From Peptococcaceae bacterium UBA6096 (GTDB lineage: Bacteria; Bacillota; Peptococcia; DRI-13; UBA5745), in contig DIWW01000001.1 of assembly GCA_002435905.1 (NCBI GenBank), forward strand, positions 23,283 through 87,282: a stretch of DNA of 64,000 nt. The letters are read 5' to 3'. The notes under the pieces are model-generated. The model saw only the letters and a program-made list of their open reading frames with translations. It had not been told where the DNA came from and made no database searches. This document shows positions 1 to 9,279 of the stretch, one piece after another. The translations under genes were made by a program, and so were the position numbers. Each line of letters begins with the position of its first letter. Position 1 is the first letter of the stretch.

Positions 1-1
1 A

Positions 2-946
2 ACGGATCCCAGCTTCGTCATCACGGACTTGCTGCCCCATCTCGCCCATGAACAAATGAAAAAGCGGATGAGCGAAGGTGTGAACGGAGAAGGTCTGAAT
101 GTGGTCCTTGGCGCCATACCCCTGCAGGAAGAAAAGGATGAAGCGGAAGGAACCGGCAGCAGCAAAGAAAAGCATAAAGATCCAGTCAAAATGAATCTGC
201 TGAGGATCCTGAAAGAAACCTACGGCATCGATGAAGTGGACTTTGTTTCGGCCGAAATCGAAGTGGTGCCTGCCATGCCGGCCAGAGAGGTTGGTTTTGA
301 CCGGAGCATGATCGGCGGCTACGGCCAGGATGACCGGGTATGCACCTATGCGGGGATCCATTCACTGCTTGACTTGAAGGCGCAGCCTGCCCGAACGGTC
401 ATGGTTTATTTATCCGACAAAGAAGAAGTCGGCAGCATGGGCAATACAGGGGCCCAGTCCGCAGGACTGACCCATTGCATTGCGGAGCTCTGCGCCTTGA
501 CCACGGATCATTACAACGATTTGGTAACCAAACGGTGTTTCGCAAATTCCGCGCTGCTGTCCGCTGACGTGTCGGCGGCAGTGGATCCAAACTATAAGGA
601 TGCCCAGGACAAACTGAATGCGACCTATTTCAGCAAAGGTGTGGTTTTGGAAAAATACACCGGTTCCAAGGGGAAATCCGGCGCCAACGATGCCAATCCC
701 GAATTTATCGCGGCTTTGCGGGCTCTGTTCGATGACCATCAAGTGGCCTGGCAAACCGGTGAATTAGGCAAAGTCGATCTGGGAGGCGGTGGGACCATCG
801 CCCAGTTCATGGCTAATTTAGGGATGCAGGTCATTGATTGCGGCGTCCCGGTCCTGTCCATGCATTCGCCTTTCGAGCTGACCTGCAAGGCAGACATCTA
901 TAATGCCTACCTAGCGTACAGCGCCTTTCTGAAAGCCTACAAATAA
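2..946 (+). CDS. M18-family aminopeptidase (aspartyl aminopeptidase-like), 5'-partial
   Basis: Frame is open from the window edge. Motifs DLLPHL, GYGQDDRVC, DKEEVGS, LSADV and MHSP match M18 zinc aminopeptidases. Confidence 0.85.
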   Translation, partial: TDPSFVITDLLPHLAHEQMKKRMSEGVNGEGLNVVLGAIPLQEEKDEAEGTGSSKEKHKDPVKMNLLRILKETYGIDEVDFVSAEIEVVPAMPAREVGFDRSMIGGYGQDDRVCTYAGIHSLLDLKAQPARTVMVYLSDKEEVGSMGNTGAQSAGLTHCIAELCALTTDHYNDLVTKRCFANSALLSADVSAAVDPNYKDAQDKLNATYFSKGVVLEKYTGSKGKSGANDANPEFIAALRALFDDHQVAWQTGELGKVDLGGGGTIAQFMANLGMQVIDCGVPVLSMHSPFELTCKADIYNAYLAYSAFLKAYK

Positions 947-987
947 CAGACCGGGCACCGAAGCCTGAAGAAATATCGTTCAAATAT

Positions 988-1030
988 AAAGCGCATGTCG
1001 CGGGCCGATGACCCGGAGCATGCGCTTTTT
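988..1030. terminator. Bidirectional intrinsic terminator between convergent genes
   Basis: AAAGCGCATG...CATGCGCTTTTTT inverted repeat with A and T tracts. Confidence 0.7.
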
Positions 1031-1060
1031 TATACCCGTTTTATCGAATAAACGGTGGTG

Positions 1061-1930
1061 CTAGTGCTTTTCTTTTTTGACCCAGACGATGGCCACGGCG
1101 CCAGGTCCGGTATGGGTTCCCACCACACTGCCGATCTCAATGATTTTGCTGCGGGACAATATTGCTGGATCGGGGAAGAGACCGCTGTCTGCCAGGACTT
1201 TCTTGAATTCCTCCAGGGCTGCGGGTGCATGGGCATGGGCAAAGATGACTTCGAAATCTTCGTCCATGGGAAGGGCTTTCATCCGCTCCGCCACTAGATG
1301 ATAGGCCGCCCGGGAACCCCGTGCTTTACCGTCGTTGACGATCAAACCCTGACGCACGGTGATGACCGGCTTCACATTCAGAAGACCGCCGACCGCAGCA
1401 GCCGTCACCGAGAGCCGGCCGCCCATTTTGAGGTACTTCAAGGTGTCAAAGACCGCAAAAAGCGCCACATTCTTTTTGGCCTCTTCAATTCGTGCGCAGA
1501 TATTTTCGGCGGTTTTGCCAAGATCCCGCAGACGGATGGCTTCATAGACTAGTAAAGCCAAACCGAGGGTCACGTTTCGGGAATCGATCAAATGGATTTG
1601 GGCAGGGTCCTCCAGCAGCCGTTTGGCAATCACCGCAGACTGAAAGGTGCCGCTGAGATCGCTGGAGATGAAGATGCCGATGATTTCATCCCCCGCTTCC
1701 AGATAGGGTTTGAACAAGGCCAGGAAGCCTTCCGGATTCACCTGGCTGGTGGTGGGCAGGTGAGCGCTTACGGAAAGTTTTTCGTAAAAAGCCTGCTTCG
1801 TAATGTCCACGCCATCCAGAAATTCTTCTTTGTCAAAATGGACTTTCAGCGGGACGATGTCGATTCCTAATTCTGACATCAGTCCGAAAGGCAGGTCACA
1901 GGTGCTGTCAGTGATGATGCGAATGGCCAT
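1061..1930 (-). CDS. DegV family fatty-acid-binding protein
   Basis: IITDSTCDL, TSQVNP, ISSDLSGT, DSRNVT, LKMGGR and GTHTGPG motifs. Confidence 0.92.
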   Translation of the reverse strand: MAIRIITDSTCDLPFGLMSELGIDIVPLKVHFDKEEFLDGVDITKQAFYEKLSVSAHLPTTSQVNPEGFLALFKPYLEAGDEIIGIFISSDLSGTFQSAVIAKRLLEDPAQIHLIDSRNVTLGLALLVYEAIRLRDLGKTAENICARIEEAKKNVALFAVFDTLKYLKMGGRLSVTAAAVGGLLNVKPVITVRQGLIVNDGKARGSRAAYHLVAERMKALPMDEDFEVIFAHAHAPAALEEFKKVLADSGLFPDPAILSRSKIIEIGSVVGTHTGPGAVAIVWVKKEKH

Positions 1931-2002
1931 AAGAGCCTCCTTTTTGGATTGGATTAGGGGGATGTATACAAGGAATAATCCAGGTACAGCCGGGGCAGGT
2001 TG

Positions 2003-2031
2003 TTGACGGATGCGGGAAACTGCTATAAAAT
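2003..2031 (+). promoter_or_regulatory. sigmaA promoter of the por operon
   Basis: TTGACG-17 bp-TAAAAT. Confidence 0.65.
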
Positions 2032-2177
2032 TTAATTTAAACAGAATCCATTCTTATTTAATGCATGAGGTACAAGCAAAAGAGCAGAGACGGCGTCAAT
2101 GTGAATTGTTTTACGTGACGATCGTCTTTGTTCGATTTTAACTAAGTATAACCGATATTGAAAGGGGACTTCAACAA

Positions 2178-2729
2178 ATGCTTGAATTACGTATTCACGG
2201 CCGAGGCGGTCAGGGTGTGGTCACCATGGCTGAATTGCTGGCCAAGGCTGCCGTGAAAACCGGATTAGAGGCCCAGACGCTGCCTTTTTTCGGCGTTGAA
2301 CGCCGCGGTGCGGCAGTTAAGGCCTGTGTTCGTTTTGACCAGACGCCGATCCGAATCCGTTCTATGTCTTACCATCCCCAGGTCATCGCACTGATGAACG
2401 GGAACCTATTATCTTATGCCCGGATCGACGGCATCGATCCGGATACCTACTTCGTTGTCAATGCCAAGGAGCCTTTGGACCTCCAGGCGGATCAATGGAT
2501 CCTGGATGCGGAGGCCGTTGCCATCGAAAACAATCTGGTCTTCGGCGGCGAACCTTTCATCAATGTACCCATGCTTGGCGGAATCGCCAAGGTATTGAAT
2601 ATTCCTTTGGCTGCTGTGGAGGAAACCATCCGCGGCCATTGGAGCGGCAAAAAAGCAGACGTCAATCTGGCAGCAGCCCGCCAGGCTTATGAACAAATCA
2701 AAAAATATGAGGGAGGTTGCCGCCAATGA
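2178..2729 (+). CDS. porC: 2-oxoacid (pyruvate):ferredoxin oxidoreductase gamma subunit
   Basis: IRIHGRGGQG-type N-terminus (LRIHGRGGQGVVT), FGVERRGA and NVPMLG motifs. Confidence 0.9.
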   Translation: MLELRIHGRGGQGVVTMAELLAKAAVKTGLEAQTLPFFGVERRGAAVKACVRFDQTPIRIRSMSYHPQVIALMNGNLLSYARIDGIDPDTYFVVNAKEPLDLQADQWILDAEAVAIENNLVFGGEPFINVPMLGGIAKVLNIPLAAVEETIRGHWSGKKADVNLAAARQAYEQIKKYEGGCRQ

Positions 2730-2986
2730 ACAACATGCCCATCAATCCGCTTTCCTGCGCTACGGAGGGCGCAGGCGGTCCAACCGGCACCTGGCGAAGC
2801 CACCGGCCTGTGATTGACACCAACCAATGCACCGGCTGCCTGATGTGCTGGATTTGGTGTCCCGAAGGCGTGATCGCCAAAGAAGACCGTGCCATCAATT
2901 ACGATTATTGCAAAGGCTGCGGCCTTTGTGCAAAAGAATGCCCTGCCCATGCCATCACAATGATCAAGGAGGCGGACCATGAGTAA
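2726..2986 (+). CDS. porD: 2-oxoacid:ferredoxin oxidoreductase delta subunit (2x[4Fe-4S])
   Basis: TGTWRSHRP plus CTGCLMCWIWCP and CKGCGLCAKECP ferredoxin motifs. Confidence 0.9.
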   Translation: MNNMPINPLSCATEGAGGPTGTWRSHRPVIDTNQCTGCLMCWIWCPEGVIAKEDRAINYDYCKGCGLCAKECPAHAITMIKEADHE

Positions 2987-4106
2987 ACGAATGGATACAG
3001 GCAATGCGGCCTGCGCCTTGGCGGTGAAAGCGGCAAACGTTGATTTTATAGCGGCATACCCCATCACACCCCAAACAACGATTTCTGAAAAGCTGGCGGA
3101 TTATGCGGCTGCCGGTGAATTGTCCGGCGTGTATCTTCCCGTCGAGTCCGAACACAGCGTCATGAGCGCCGTGGCTGCGGCTTCCGCAGCAGGATCCCGG
3201 ACCTTCACCGCCACCTCTTCCCAAGGCTTGCTTTACATGCATGAGATCCTGCATTTTGCCGCCGGCGGCCGTCTGCCGGTGGTCATGGTCAATGTGAACC
3301 GGGCGGTTTGCGCGCCCTGGTGTTTATACGCAGACCATCAGGATTCGGTTTCCCAGCGGGACACAGGATGGCTGCAGTTCCACTGCGCTTCCCACCAAGA
3401 GATTTACGACACGGTGTTTCTCGCCTACAAGGTCGCGGAAAAAGTTCGGATTCCTGCCATGATCAACTATGACGGATTTCTGCTCTCCCATTCCATGCTG
3501 CCTTTTGATACCCTGGACCAGGAGACCATCAACCGGTTCCTCCCGCCCTACCGTCCGGATTGGAAGCTGCATCCCCAATGGGGCGGCACCTTCGGCAATG
3601 TGGCCGCTGCCGCAGAGTATTCAGCTTACCGCAACACCCTGGCGGAGGATACCCTGAAGGCGGCGGATGTGATCGAGGAAGAAGCCAGGGCTTATAAAGA
3701 TTTGACCGGGCGCTGGCACGGCGGCATGATCGACGTCCAAGGACCCCAAGACAGCGACGTTTTCCTGATGTCCATGGGCTCCATGTCCGCTGAGATGAGC
3801 CTGGTTGCCGAGGCGCTGCAGGCCCAAGGGATCAAGGCAGCCAACCTGAAGGTCCGGGTCTACCGTCCCTTCCCTGGGGCTGCATTACGGCAGGCATTGC
3901 CTCAGAACGCCAAGCTGTTGGTCTTTGACCGCAATCTGGCATACGGCCATGAGGGCGGGGCTTTACTGATGGAAGCGCGCTCCGTATTCTATGACAGCGG
4001 AAAGGCAGTTAAAATCGCAGGCGCATCGGTGGGGATCGGCGGCGTCGATCTGCCGGCGGCGATGCTGACAGAAAAAGCCCTGGCGCTTTTGGAGGGATTA
4101 AAATGA
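2979..4106 (+). CDS. porA: 2-oxoacid:ferredoxin oxidoreductase alpha subunit
   Basis: AAYPITPQT, VESEHS and TATSSQGL motifs. Confidence 0.9.
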   Translation: MSKRMDTGNAACALAVKAANVDFIAAYPITPQTTISEKLADYAAAGELSGVYLPVESEHSVMSAVAAASAAGSRTFTATSSQGLLYMHEILHFAAGGRLPVVMVNVNRAVCAPWCLYADHQDSVSQRDTGWLQFHCASHQEIYDTVFLAYKVAEKVRIPAMINYDGFLLSHSMLPFDTLDQETINRFLPPYRPDWKLHPQWGGTFGNVAAAAEYSAYRNTLAEDTLKAADVIEEEARAYKDLTGRWHGGMIDVQGPQDSDVFLMSMGSMSAEMSLVAEALQAQGIKAANLKVRVYRPFPGAALRQALPQNAKLLVFDRNLAYGHEGGALLMEARSVFYDSGKAVKIAGASVGIGGVDLPAAMLTEKALALLEGLK

Positions 4107-5050
4107 ACGAAGCAATCAAATCGGTAAAGCTGGCGGATATGCCGGATTATGAATTGGTCAAATCAGGAACCGGCGGCTGCGCCGGCTGTCCTTCCCCCAT
4201 GGGATTGCGGATCGTGGGCAAAGCCCTGGGACCCAATTCCATCATGGTCATGACGCCTTCCTGTGCAGTGGCCAGCATCGGCGTCATGCCGAAATCCTGC
4301 TACGATGTGCCGGTGCTCAACGTCTGTTTTGCCTCTGCGGGGGCTTCAGCGGCAGGCGTCAGCATGTCCTTGGATGCTCAGCTGAAAAGCGGCGAGCTGA
4401 CCGGTGAAAAGCCGACGGTCTTCACCTGGGTGGGCGACGGCGGCACCTATGACATCGGCTTTCAGGGGATTTCCGCCGCGGCGGAGCGGAATGATGATTT
4501 TATCCATTTCTGCTATAATAACGAAGCCTATTCCAACACCGGCGTACAGCGCAGCGGTGCCACGCCGAAATATGCCACCACCACAACGACACCGGCAGGC
4601 AAATCGGCTCAAAAGAAAAACGTTCCTTTACTGATGCTGGAGCAGCGGGTCGCTTATGTTGCCACGGCTTCCTTAGCCTATCCTCAGGACTTTTATCGAA
4701 AAGTCATGAAAGCCAAGAGCATCAAGGGTTTCAAATACATTGAGCTTCATGCGCCCTGCGGTCCCGGCTGGAAATTTGCCAGCAGCGATACCGTAACCCT
4801 GGGCCGTCTCGCTGTCAAAAGCGGCGCATGGCTTCTTTGGGAAGGCGAACATGGCAAACTGACTTTGAACACGCCCACCAAACCATTGGCCGAAGGCAAA
4901 ATGCCCCTGACTGAACTGGAAGATTATCTAAAAGCTCAGGGACGTTTTTCCCATGTGATGAAGAGCCCTCAAAAAGATGCGGTCATTGATGAGATGAAAG
5001 CAGAGATCCGCCGGGAAATGGATTTCATGCTGGGACGGGAAAAACTATAA
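4103..5050 (+). CDS. porB: 2-oxoacid:ferredoxin oxidoreductase beta subunit (TPP-binding)
   Basis: GCAGC, GDGGTYDIG...YNNEAYSNTG TPP motif and PCGPGW. Confidence 0.9.
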   Translation: MNEAIKSVKLADMPDYELVKSGTGGCAGCPSPMGLRIVGKALGPNSIMVMTPSCAVASIGVMPKSCYDVPVLNVCFASAGASAAGVSMSLDAQLKSGELTGEKPTVFTWVGDGGTYDIGFQGISAAAERNDDFIHFCYNNEAYSNTGVQRSGATPKYATTTTTPAGKSAQKKNVPLLMLEQRVAYVATASLAYPQDFYRKVMKAKSIKGFKYIELHAPCGPGWKFASSDTVTLGRLAVKSGAWLLWEGEHGKLTLNTPTKPLAEGKMPLTELEDYLKAQGRFSHVMKSPQKDAVIDEMKAEIRREMDFMLGREKL

Positions 5051-5062
5051 CAAAACATGGAC

Positions 5063-5110
5063 GGAGCCGGTCTCTTGCTGCATCTGAGCAATACCGGCTC
5101 CTCTGTTTTC
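5063..5110 (+). terminator. Intrinsic terminator after porB
   Basis: GGAGCCGGT...ACCGGCTCC stem followed by a short T-rich tail. Confidence 0.55.
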
Positions 5111-5150
5111 GAAAAAATTAAAGAATCCCTGGGATAATTGCGAAATCTGT

Positions 5151-5179
5151 TTGCTGTTATTCGATGAACGTGGTACAAT
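5151..5179 (+). promoter_or_regulatory. sigmaA promoter (extended -10) of thrR-hom-thrB
   Basis: TTGCTG-17 bp-TACAAT with TG at -15/-14. Confidence 0.5.
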
Positions 5180-5238
5180 GTCTTTTGTGGATGGACACAC
5201 ATCCGCCGCAGAAAAAACGGGAAAGGGAGGGAGAGCCC

Positions 5239-5685
5239 TTGAAAAGCAGGGAACCGGTCAATTCATATATTGTGAGCCGGGATATTCTGCCGGAGGCGAT
5301 CCTGAAAACGGCACAGGCAAAAGATCTCCTGGTTCGGGGAGATGCCCTGACCGTCAACGAAGCCGTCGACAAAGTAGGAATCAGCCGCAGCGCGTTTTAT
5401 AAGTATCGAGACGGCATCTTTCCTTACACCCAGTCTGGCCGCGATAAAATCATTGCGTTGACTTTGCTGCTGGAACATCGTTCCGGCGTCTTGTCCAATG
5501 TTTTGAATACGGTCGCTTTGCTGAAAGGCAATATCCTATCCATCAATCAGGGCGTCCCGGTCCAGGGCGTCGCAGTTGCCACCATGAGCGTCAACATAAC
5601 GGAAGTCAAAGATTCCGACGCCATGATTGAACGCCTGCGTCATCAGCAGGGCGTTAAACGCGTTGAGATCGTATCACAAAAATAG
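5239..5685 (+). CDS. thrR: HTH + ACT domain regulator (UPF0735/PheB, ThrR-like)
   Basis: AVDKVGISRSAFYKYRD HTH and C-terminal ACT (LEHRSGVLSNVL). Lies directly upstream of hom. TTG start follows a GGAGG SD. Confidence 0.75.
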   Translation: MKSREPVNSYIVSRDILPEAILKTAQAKDLLVRGDALTVNEAVDKVGISRSAFYKYRDGIFPYTQSGRDKIIALTLLLEHRSGVLSNVLNTVALLKGNILSINQGVPVQGVAVATMSVNITEVKDSDAMIERLRHQQGVKRVEIVSQK

Positions 5686-5704
5686 AAATGTCAGGAGGTA
5701 TACG

Positions 5705-6994
5705 ATGGGAGTCGTTAATGTTGCTGTCCTGGGACTCGGTACCGTAGGACAGGGAGTTGTTAAGGTTATCCAAGATAATGCCGGGGTTTGGGAACAAAAA
5801 ACCGGCAGCCGGATCTGCCTGAAAAGGGCTTTGGAGAAATATCCCAATCGGCCCATGGATGTCAAACTGGAGCCTGGGGTGATTACAGCAAACCTGGAAG
5901 ATATCATGAATGATCCGGAGATCCAGGTCGTGGTTGAAGTGATTGGCGGCATCGAGCCGGCCCGTACGTTTATTTTAGAGGCGCTTAAAGCAGGTAAAAA
6001 TGTGGTGACCGCCAATAAAGACCTTTTAGCCGTGCACGGCCAGGAAATTTTTCGCGCGGCTCAAGCGGCCGGCAAAGACTTCTTCTTTGAAGCCAGCGTC
6101 GGAGGCGCGATTCCCATCATCGGACCTCTGCGTCAAAGTCTCATTGCAAGCAACATCCTCGAAGTCATGGGCATCGTCAATGGGACCACCAACTATATCC
6201 TGAGCAGAATGTCCCGGGAAGGCGGCCAATTTGACGAAATCCTCAGTGATGCCCAGGCCTTGGGTTATGCCGAGGCTGATCCCACGGCAGACGTGGATGG
6301 CATCGATGCCGCCCGTAAGGTGGCCATCCTGGCAACGCTGGCGTTCCATAGCCAAGTGACGCTTTCCGATGTGCATATCGAAGGCATTAAGCATATAACA
6401 CCGGAGGACCTGAAATTCGCCAGTCAAATGGGCTATGCGGTCAAACTTCTGGGTATTTGCCGGAGCAACAATGGGACCATCGAAGCCCGGGTCCATCCTG
6501 CGTTGATTCCTCTGAAGCATCCGCTGGCCAACGTCAATGATACGTTCAATGCAATCTTCGTCAAAGGCGATGCTGTAGGCGACACCATGTTCTATGGCCG
6601 CGGCGCAGGCAGGATGCCGACGGCCAGCGCCATCGTGGGCGATATTGTCGAGATTGCAAGAAACATCAATCACAATTGTTCCGGCCGTTTGTCGTCGGTT
6701 TGTGAGAGGACGAAAACCATCAAAGCCATGGATGATGTGGAAACCAGCTTCTTCCTTCGTATGGTTTTGGCTGACCGCCCCGGTGTTCTTGCCCAGTTGA
6801 CCAAGTCCCTGGGAGATCATCAAGTGAGCCTGGCCACGGTTCTGCAGACAAATCTCCAGGGGGGCGACGCAGAACTGGTCTTTGTCACCCATAAAGTTCG
6901 AGAGGGAGACCTGAGAGAGGCCTTGAAAGAAATTGAAAACATGCCGGTGACACGGAAAATCGCAACCGTAATTCGAGTCGAAGGAGATGCCTGA
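5705..6994 (+). CDS. hom: Homoserine dehydrogenase with C-terminal ACT domain
   Basis: GLGTVG, VVTANK, FEASVGGAIP, GIVNGTTNYIL and GYAEADP motifs. ATG at 5705 follows AGGAGG. Confidence 0.95.
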   Translation: MGVVNVAVLGLGTVGQGVVKVIQDNAGVWEQKTGSRICLKRALEKYPNRPMDVKLEPGVITANLEDIMNDPEIQVVVEVIGGIEPARTFILEALKAGKNVVTANKDLLAVHGQEIFRAAQAAGKDFFFEASVGGAIPIIGPLRQSLIASNILEVMGIVNGTTNYILSRMSREGGQFDEILSDAQALGYAEADPTADVDGIDAARKVAILATLAFHSQVTLSDVHIEGIKHITPEDLKFASQMGYAVKLLGICRSNNGTIEARVHPALIPLKHPLANVNDTFNAIFVKGDAVGDTMFYGRGAGRMPTASAIVGDIVEIARNINHNCSGRLSSVCERTKTIKAMDDVETSFFLRMVLADRPGVLAQLTKSLGDHQVSLATVLQTNLQGGDAELVFVTHKVREGDLREALKEIENMPVTRKIATVIRVEGDA

Positions 6995-6996
6995 GC

Positions 6997-7878
6997 ATGA
7001 TTTATCTTAGGGTGCCGGCGACCTCAGCCAATCTGGGGCCGGGCTTCGACGCCTTCGGCATCGCTCTGGAGCTGTATAATGATTTTATAATCAGAGAAAA
7101 AGGCGGAAGGGCATTCCCTTCCGGCTTTTCCTTATTGCCTTCCCGCAATTTAGCCGCGACCGCTGCGGCTTATCTGGCCGAAAAGGTCAAACAGCCTTTG
7201 CCGGAAATCGAGATAGGGATTCGTGCTAGGATACCCCGTGCAAGAGGACTTGGCAGCAGCGCAGCGTTGACGGTTGCAGGGCTTAAAGCGGCGGACCTGC
7301 TGCTGCAGACCCACATGGCCGATGAACAGCTCATCGCCATGGCCAGCGTATTGGAAGGTCATCCGGACAATGCGGCGCCGGCGATCCTGGGCGGTTTTGT
7401 GATCTCAGCCAAAGAGGATGGAAGGGTCCAGTCTCTTCGGAGCATACCGCCTAAACCGTTGGACATCATCGTGGGTGTACCGGATTTTGAACTTAAAACC
7501 TCAAGATCCAGGGAAGCTTTGCCCTCAAAGGTCAGTCTACAGGATGCTGCGTTCAATATCAGCCGGGCGGGATTGCTGGCGGCGGCACTGATCACAGGCC
7601 AATATGAGCTGTTAAAAACCAGCATGCAGGATAGACTGCATCAACCCTACCGCAGACCGCTTGTAACCGGCCTGCAGGCTGTTATGACGGCAGTTCTGGA
7701 GCATGGAGCCTTAGGCACCTGCCTGTCAGGGTCTGGGCCGACCGTTTTAGTGTTCTGCAGGGAAGATGCGGATGAACTTCAGAGCATCATAAAAGAAACC
7801 TGGTATGCTGCGGGAATCACTGCAAGGACCTATCATCTGCGGATCGCCGAGGAAGGCGTCAGGGAAATCGCCTATTGA
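6997..7878 (+). CDS. thrB: Homoserine kinase
   Basis: VPATSANLGPGFD, PRARGLGSSAA, EGHPDNAAP and SGSGPT GHMP motifs. Confidence 0.95.
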   Translation: MIYLRVPATSANLGPGFDAFGIALELYNDFIIREKGGRAFPSGFSLLPSRNLAATAAAYLAEKVKQPLPEIEIGIRARIPRARGLGSSAALTVAGLKAADLLLQTHMADEQLIAMASVLEGHPDNAAPAILGGFVISAKEDGRVQSLRSIPPKPLDIIVGVPDFELKTSRSREALPSKVSLQDAAFNISRAGLLAAALITGQYELLKTSMQDRLHQPYRRPLVTGLQAVMTAVLEHGALGTCLSGSGPTVLVFCREDADELQSIIKETWYAAGITARTYHLRIAEEGVREIAY

Positions 7879-7931
7879 CGGCGTATGATGAACTTCAAAA
7901 ATGAGCTTTTTAAAAGAATTGGCGTTTCGGC

Positions 7932-7960
7932 TTGACATTGAGCGTGTTTTCTTTTATAAT
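7932..7960 (+). promoter_or_regulatory. Consensus sigmaA promoter for tRNA-Pro(GGG)
   Basis: TTGACA-17 bp-TATAAT. Confidence 0.9.
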
Positions 7961-7976
7961 CTAATTCGTTGGCTGT

Positions 7977-8054
7977 CGGGGCGTAGCTCAGTTTGGCTAG
8001 AGCGCTACCTTGGGGTGGTAGAGGCCGCAAGTTCAAGTCTTGTCGCTCCGACCA
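7977..8054 (+). tRNA. tRNA-Pro(GGG)
   Basis: Acceptor stem CGGGGCG/CGCTCCG, anticodon arm CTACC-TTGGGGT-GGTAG, TTC loop, encoded CCA. Confidence 0.95.
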
Positions 8055-8062
8055 GGAATTCA

Positions 8063-8097
8063 CCCTCTTGTCTATTGATTGGGCAAGAGGTTTTTTT
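8063..8097 (+). terminator. Terminator after tRNA-Pro(GGG)
   Basis: CCTCTTG...CAAGAGG followed by TTTTTTT. Confidence 0.8.
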
Positions 8098-8218
8098 ATG
8101 CCTTGCCATGAGCTTTGGAATCTTGCTAAATCGTAACGAAAGCCGATGGACATGGCGGCAGAAAGCAGAGTTTGAAAAAATTTAGATGGCATAAAACCAA
8201 AAAACTTTCAGAAAGGCC

Positions 8219-8247
8219 TTGACGAGGATAGGGATATTTGCTAAAAT
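8219..8247 (+). promoter_or_regulatory. sigmaA promoter of the tRNA cluster
   Basis: TTGACG-17 bp-TAAAAT with extended TG. Confidence 0.8.
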
Positions 8248-8265
8248 ACATTTTGTCACGTCAAG

Positions 8266-8342
8266 CGGGGCATAGCGCAGTTTGGTAGCGCACCTGGTTT
8301 GGGACCAGGGGGTCGGGGGTTCGAATCCCTCTGCCCCGACCA
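8266..8342 (+). tRNA. tRNA-Pro(TGG)
   Basis: CCTGG-TTTGGGA-CCAGG anticodon arm, GTTCGAATC, CCA end. Confidence 0.95.
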
Positions 8343-8372
8343 TTTTCTCAGGTGCATGACAAATCCTTACGT

Positions 8373-8447
8373 GGCCCGGTGGTCAAGCGGTCAAGACACG
8401 GCCCTTTCAAGGCTGTAACACGGGTTCGATTCCCGTCCGGGTCACCA
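8373..8447 (+). tRNA. tRNA-Glu(TTC)
   Basis: CGGCC-CTTTCAA-GGCTG anticodon arm, CCA end. Confidence 0.95.
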
Positions 8448-8492
8448 ATTAGTTTTACTTTTGGGCTTACCAAAGCCCGATCCCCATAATGC

Positions 8493-8569
8493 GGAGCCGT
8501 GGTGTAGTGGCCTAACATGCCTGCCTGTCACGCAGGAGATCGCGAGTTCGACTCTCGTCGGCTCCGCCA
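8493..8569 (+). tRNA. tRNA-Asp(GTC)
   Basis: CCTGC-CTGTCAC-GCAGG anticodon arm, CCA end. Confidence 0.95.
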
Positions 8570-8579
8570 TTTCTTTCTT

Positions 8580-8655
8580 GCCGACATAGCTCAATTGGTA
8601 GAGCAGCTGACTTGTAATCAGCAGGTTGTAGGTTCGAGTCCTATTGTCGGCTCCA
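8580..8655 (+). tRNA. tRNA-Thr(TGT)
   Basis: GCTGA-CTTGTAA-TCAGC anticodon arm, CCA end. Confidence 0.95.
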
Positions 8656-8667
8656 TCATCGAATTGT

Positions 8668-8753
8668 GGAGGGATTCCCGAGTTGGCCAAAGGGGGCAGA
8701 CTGTAAATCTGCTGGCACTGCCTTCGAAGGTTCGAATCCTTCTCCCTCCACCA
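8668..8753 (+). tRNA. tRNA-Tyr(GTA)
   Basis: GCAGA-CTGTAAA-TCTGC anticodon arm, long variable arm, CCA end. Confidence 0.95.
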
Positions 8754-8766
8754 CTTTTGATTTTAT

Positions 8767-8842
8767 TGGGGCGTCGCCAAGTTGGTAAGGCAACGGACTC
8801 TGACTCCGTTATTCGTAGGTTCGAGTCCTACCGCCCCAGCCA
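8767..8842 (+). tRNA. tRNA-Gln(CTG)
   Basis: ACGGA-CTCTGAC-TCCGT anticodon arm, CCA end. Confidence 0.95.
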
Positions 8843-8844
8843 TA

Positions 8845-8874
8845 TTGACAAAAGACGGCGACAACCGTTAGAAT
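8845..8874 (+). promoter_or_regulatory. Internal sigmaA promoter in front of tRNA-Leu
   Basis: TTGACA-18 bp-TAGAAT immediately after tRNA-Gln, 13 bp before tRNA-Leu. Confidence 0.65.
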
Positions 8875-8887
8875 ATTCCTTGTATAA

Positions 8888-8974
8888 GCGGACGTGGCGG
8901 AATCGGCAGACGCGCTAGGTTCAGGTCCTAGTGATCGCAAGGTCATGGAGGTTCAAGTCCTCTCGTCCGCACCA
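8888..8974 (+). tRNA. tRNA-Leu(CAG)
   Basis: CTAGG-TTCAGGT-CCTAG anticodon arm, long variable arm, CCA end. Confidence 0.95.
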
Positions 8975-9042
8975 TGAATGGCAAGCCTTCCCAGATTGGG
9001 AAGGCTTTTTTCGTGTTCGTTTATGGGGTTTAAACCCAACAA
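8965..9042 (+). repeat. Direct repeat copy 1 (tRNA-Leu 3' end plus terminator; att-like)
   Basis: 78-bp imperfect match to 11913-11990; first 14 nt GTCCGCACCATGAA are identical. Confidence 0.85.
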
Positions 9043-9279
9043 TGACTCAATAGTTATTTTTTACCAATGAGATCTAGATTAGTGAATGAAAATTAATTTA
9101 GAATATGACAATTTGGTGTGGGTGATAAAGTATAGTAATCTTGTTTTAAGATAATTATTAGAATATAATGACAAAGATGTTTGGATCTGTTCTTCACCGC
9201 GCAATGTCTCATAGCCGAATAAAATGATTAAAGATGAGCTGATGAAATGCCATGTTGAAACGATAAAAGGAGGATATCA

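Noticed and set aside
6026-6892. 288-aa minus-strand ORF
   Set aside because: Antisense shadow of hom.
7872-8918. ORFs across the tRNA genes
   Set aside because: They are artefacts of reading through tRNA sequences.
9201-9265. Hammerhead-ribozyme-like words (GUC ... CUGAUGA ... GAAAC)
   Set aside because: Stem I pairs only one nucleotide out of register, stem II is 3 weak bp and stem III about 3 bp. Most likely chance.
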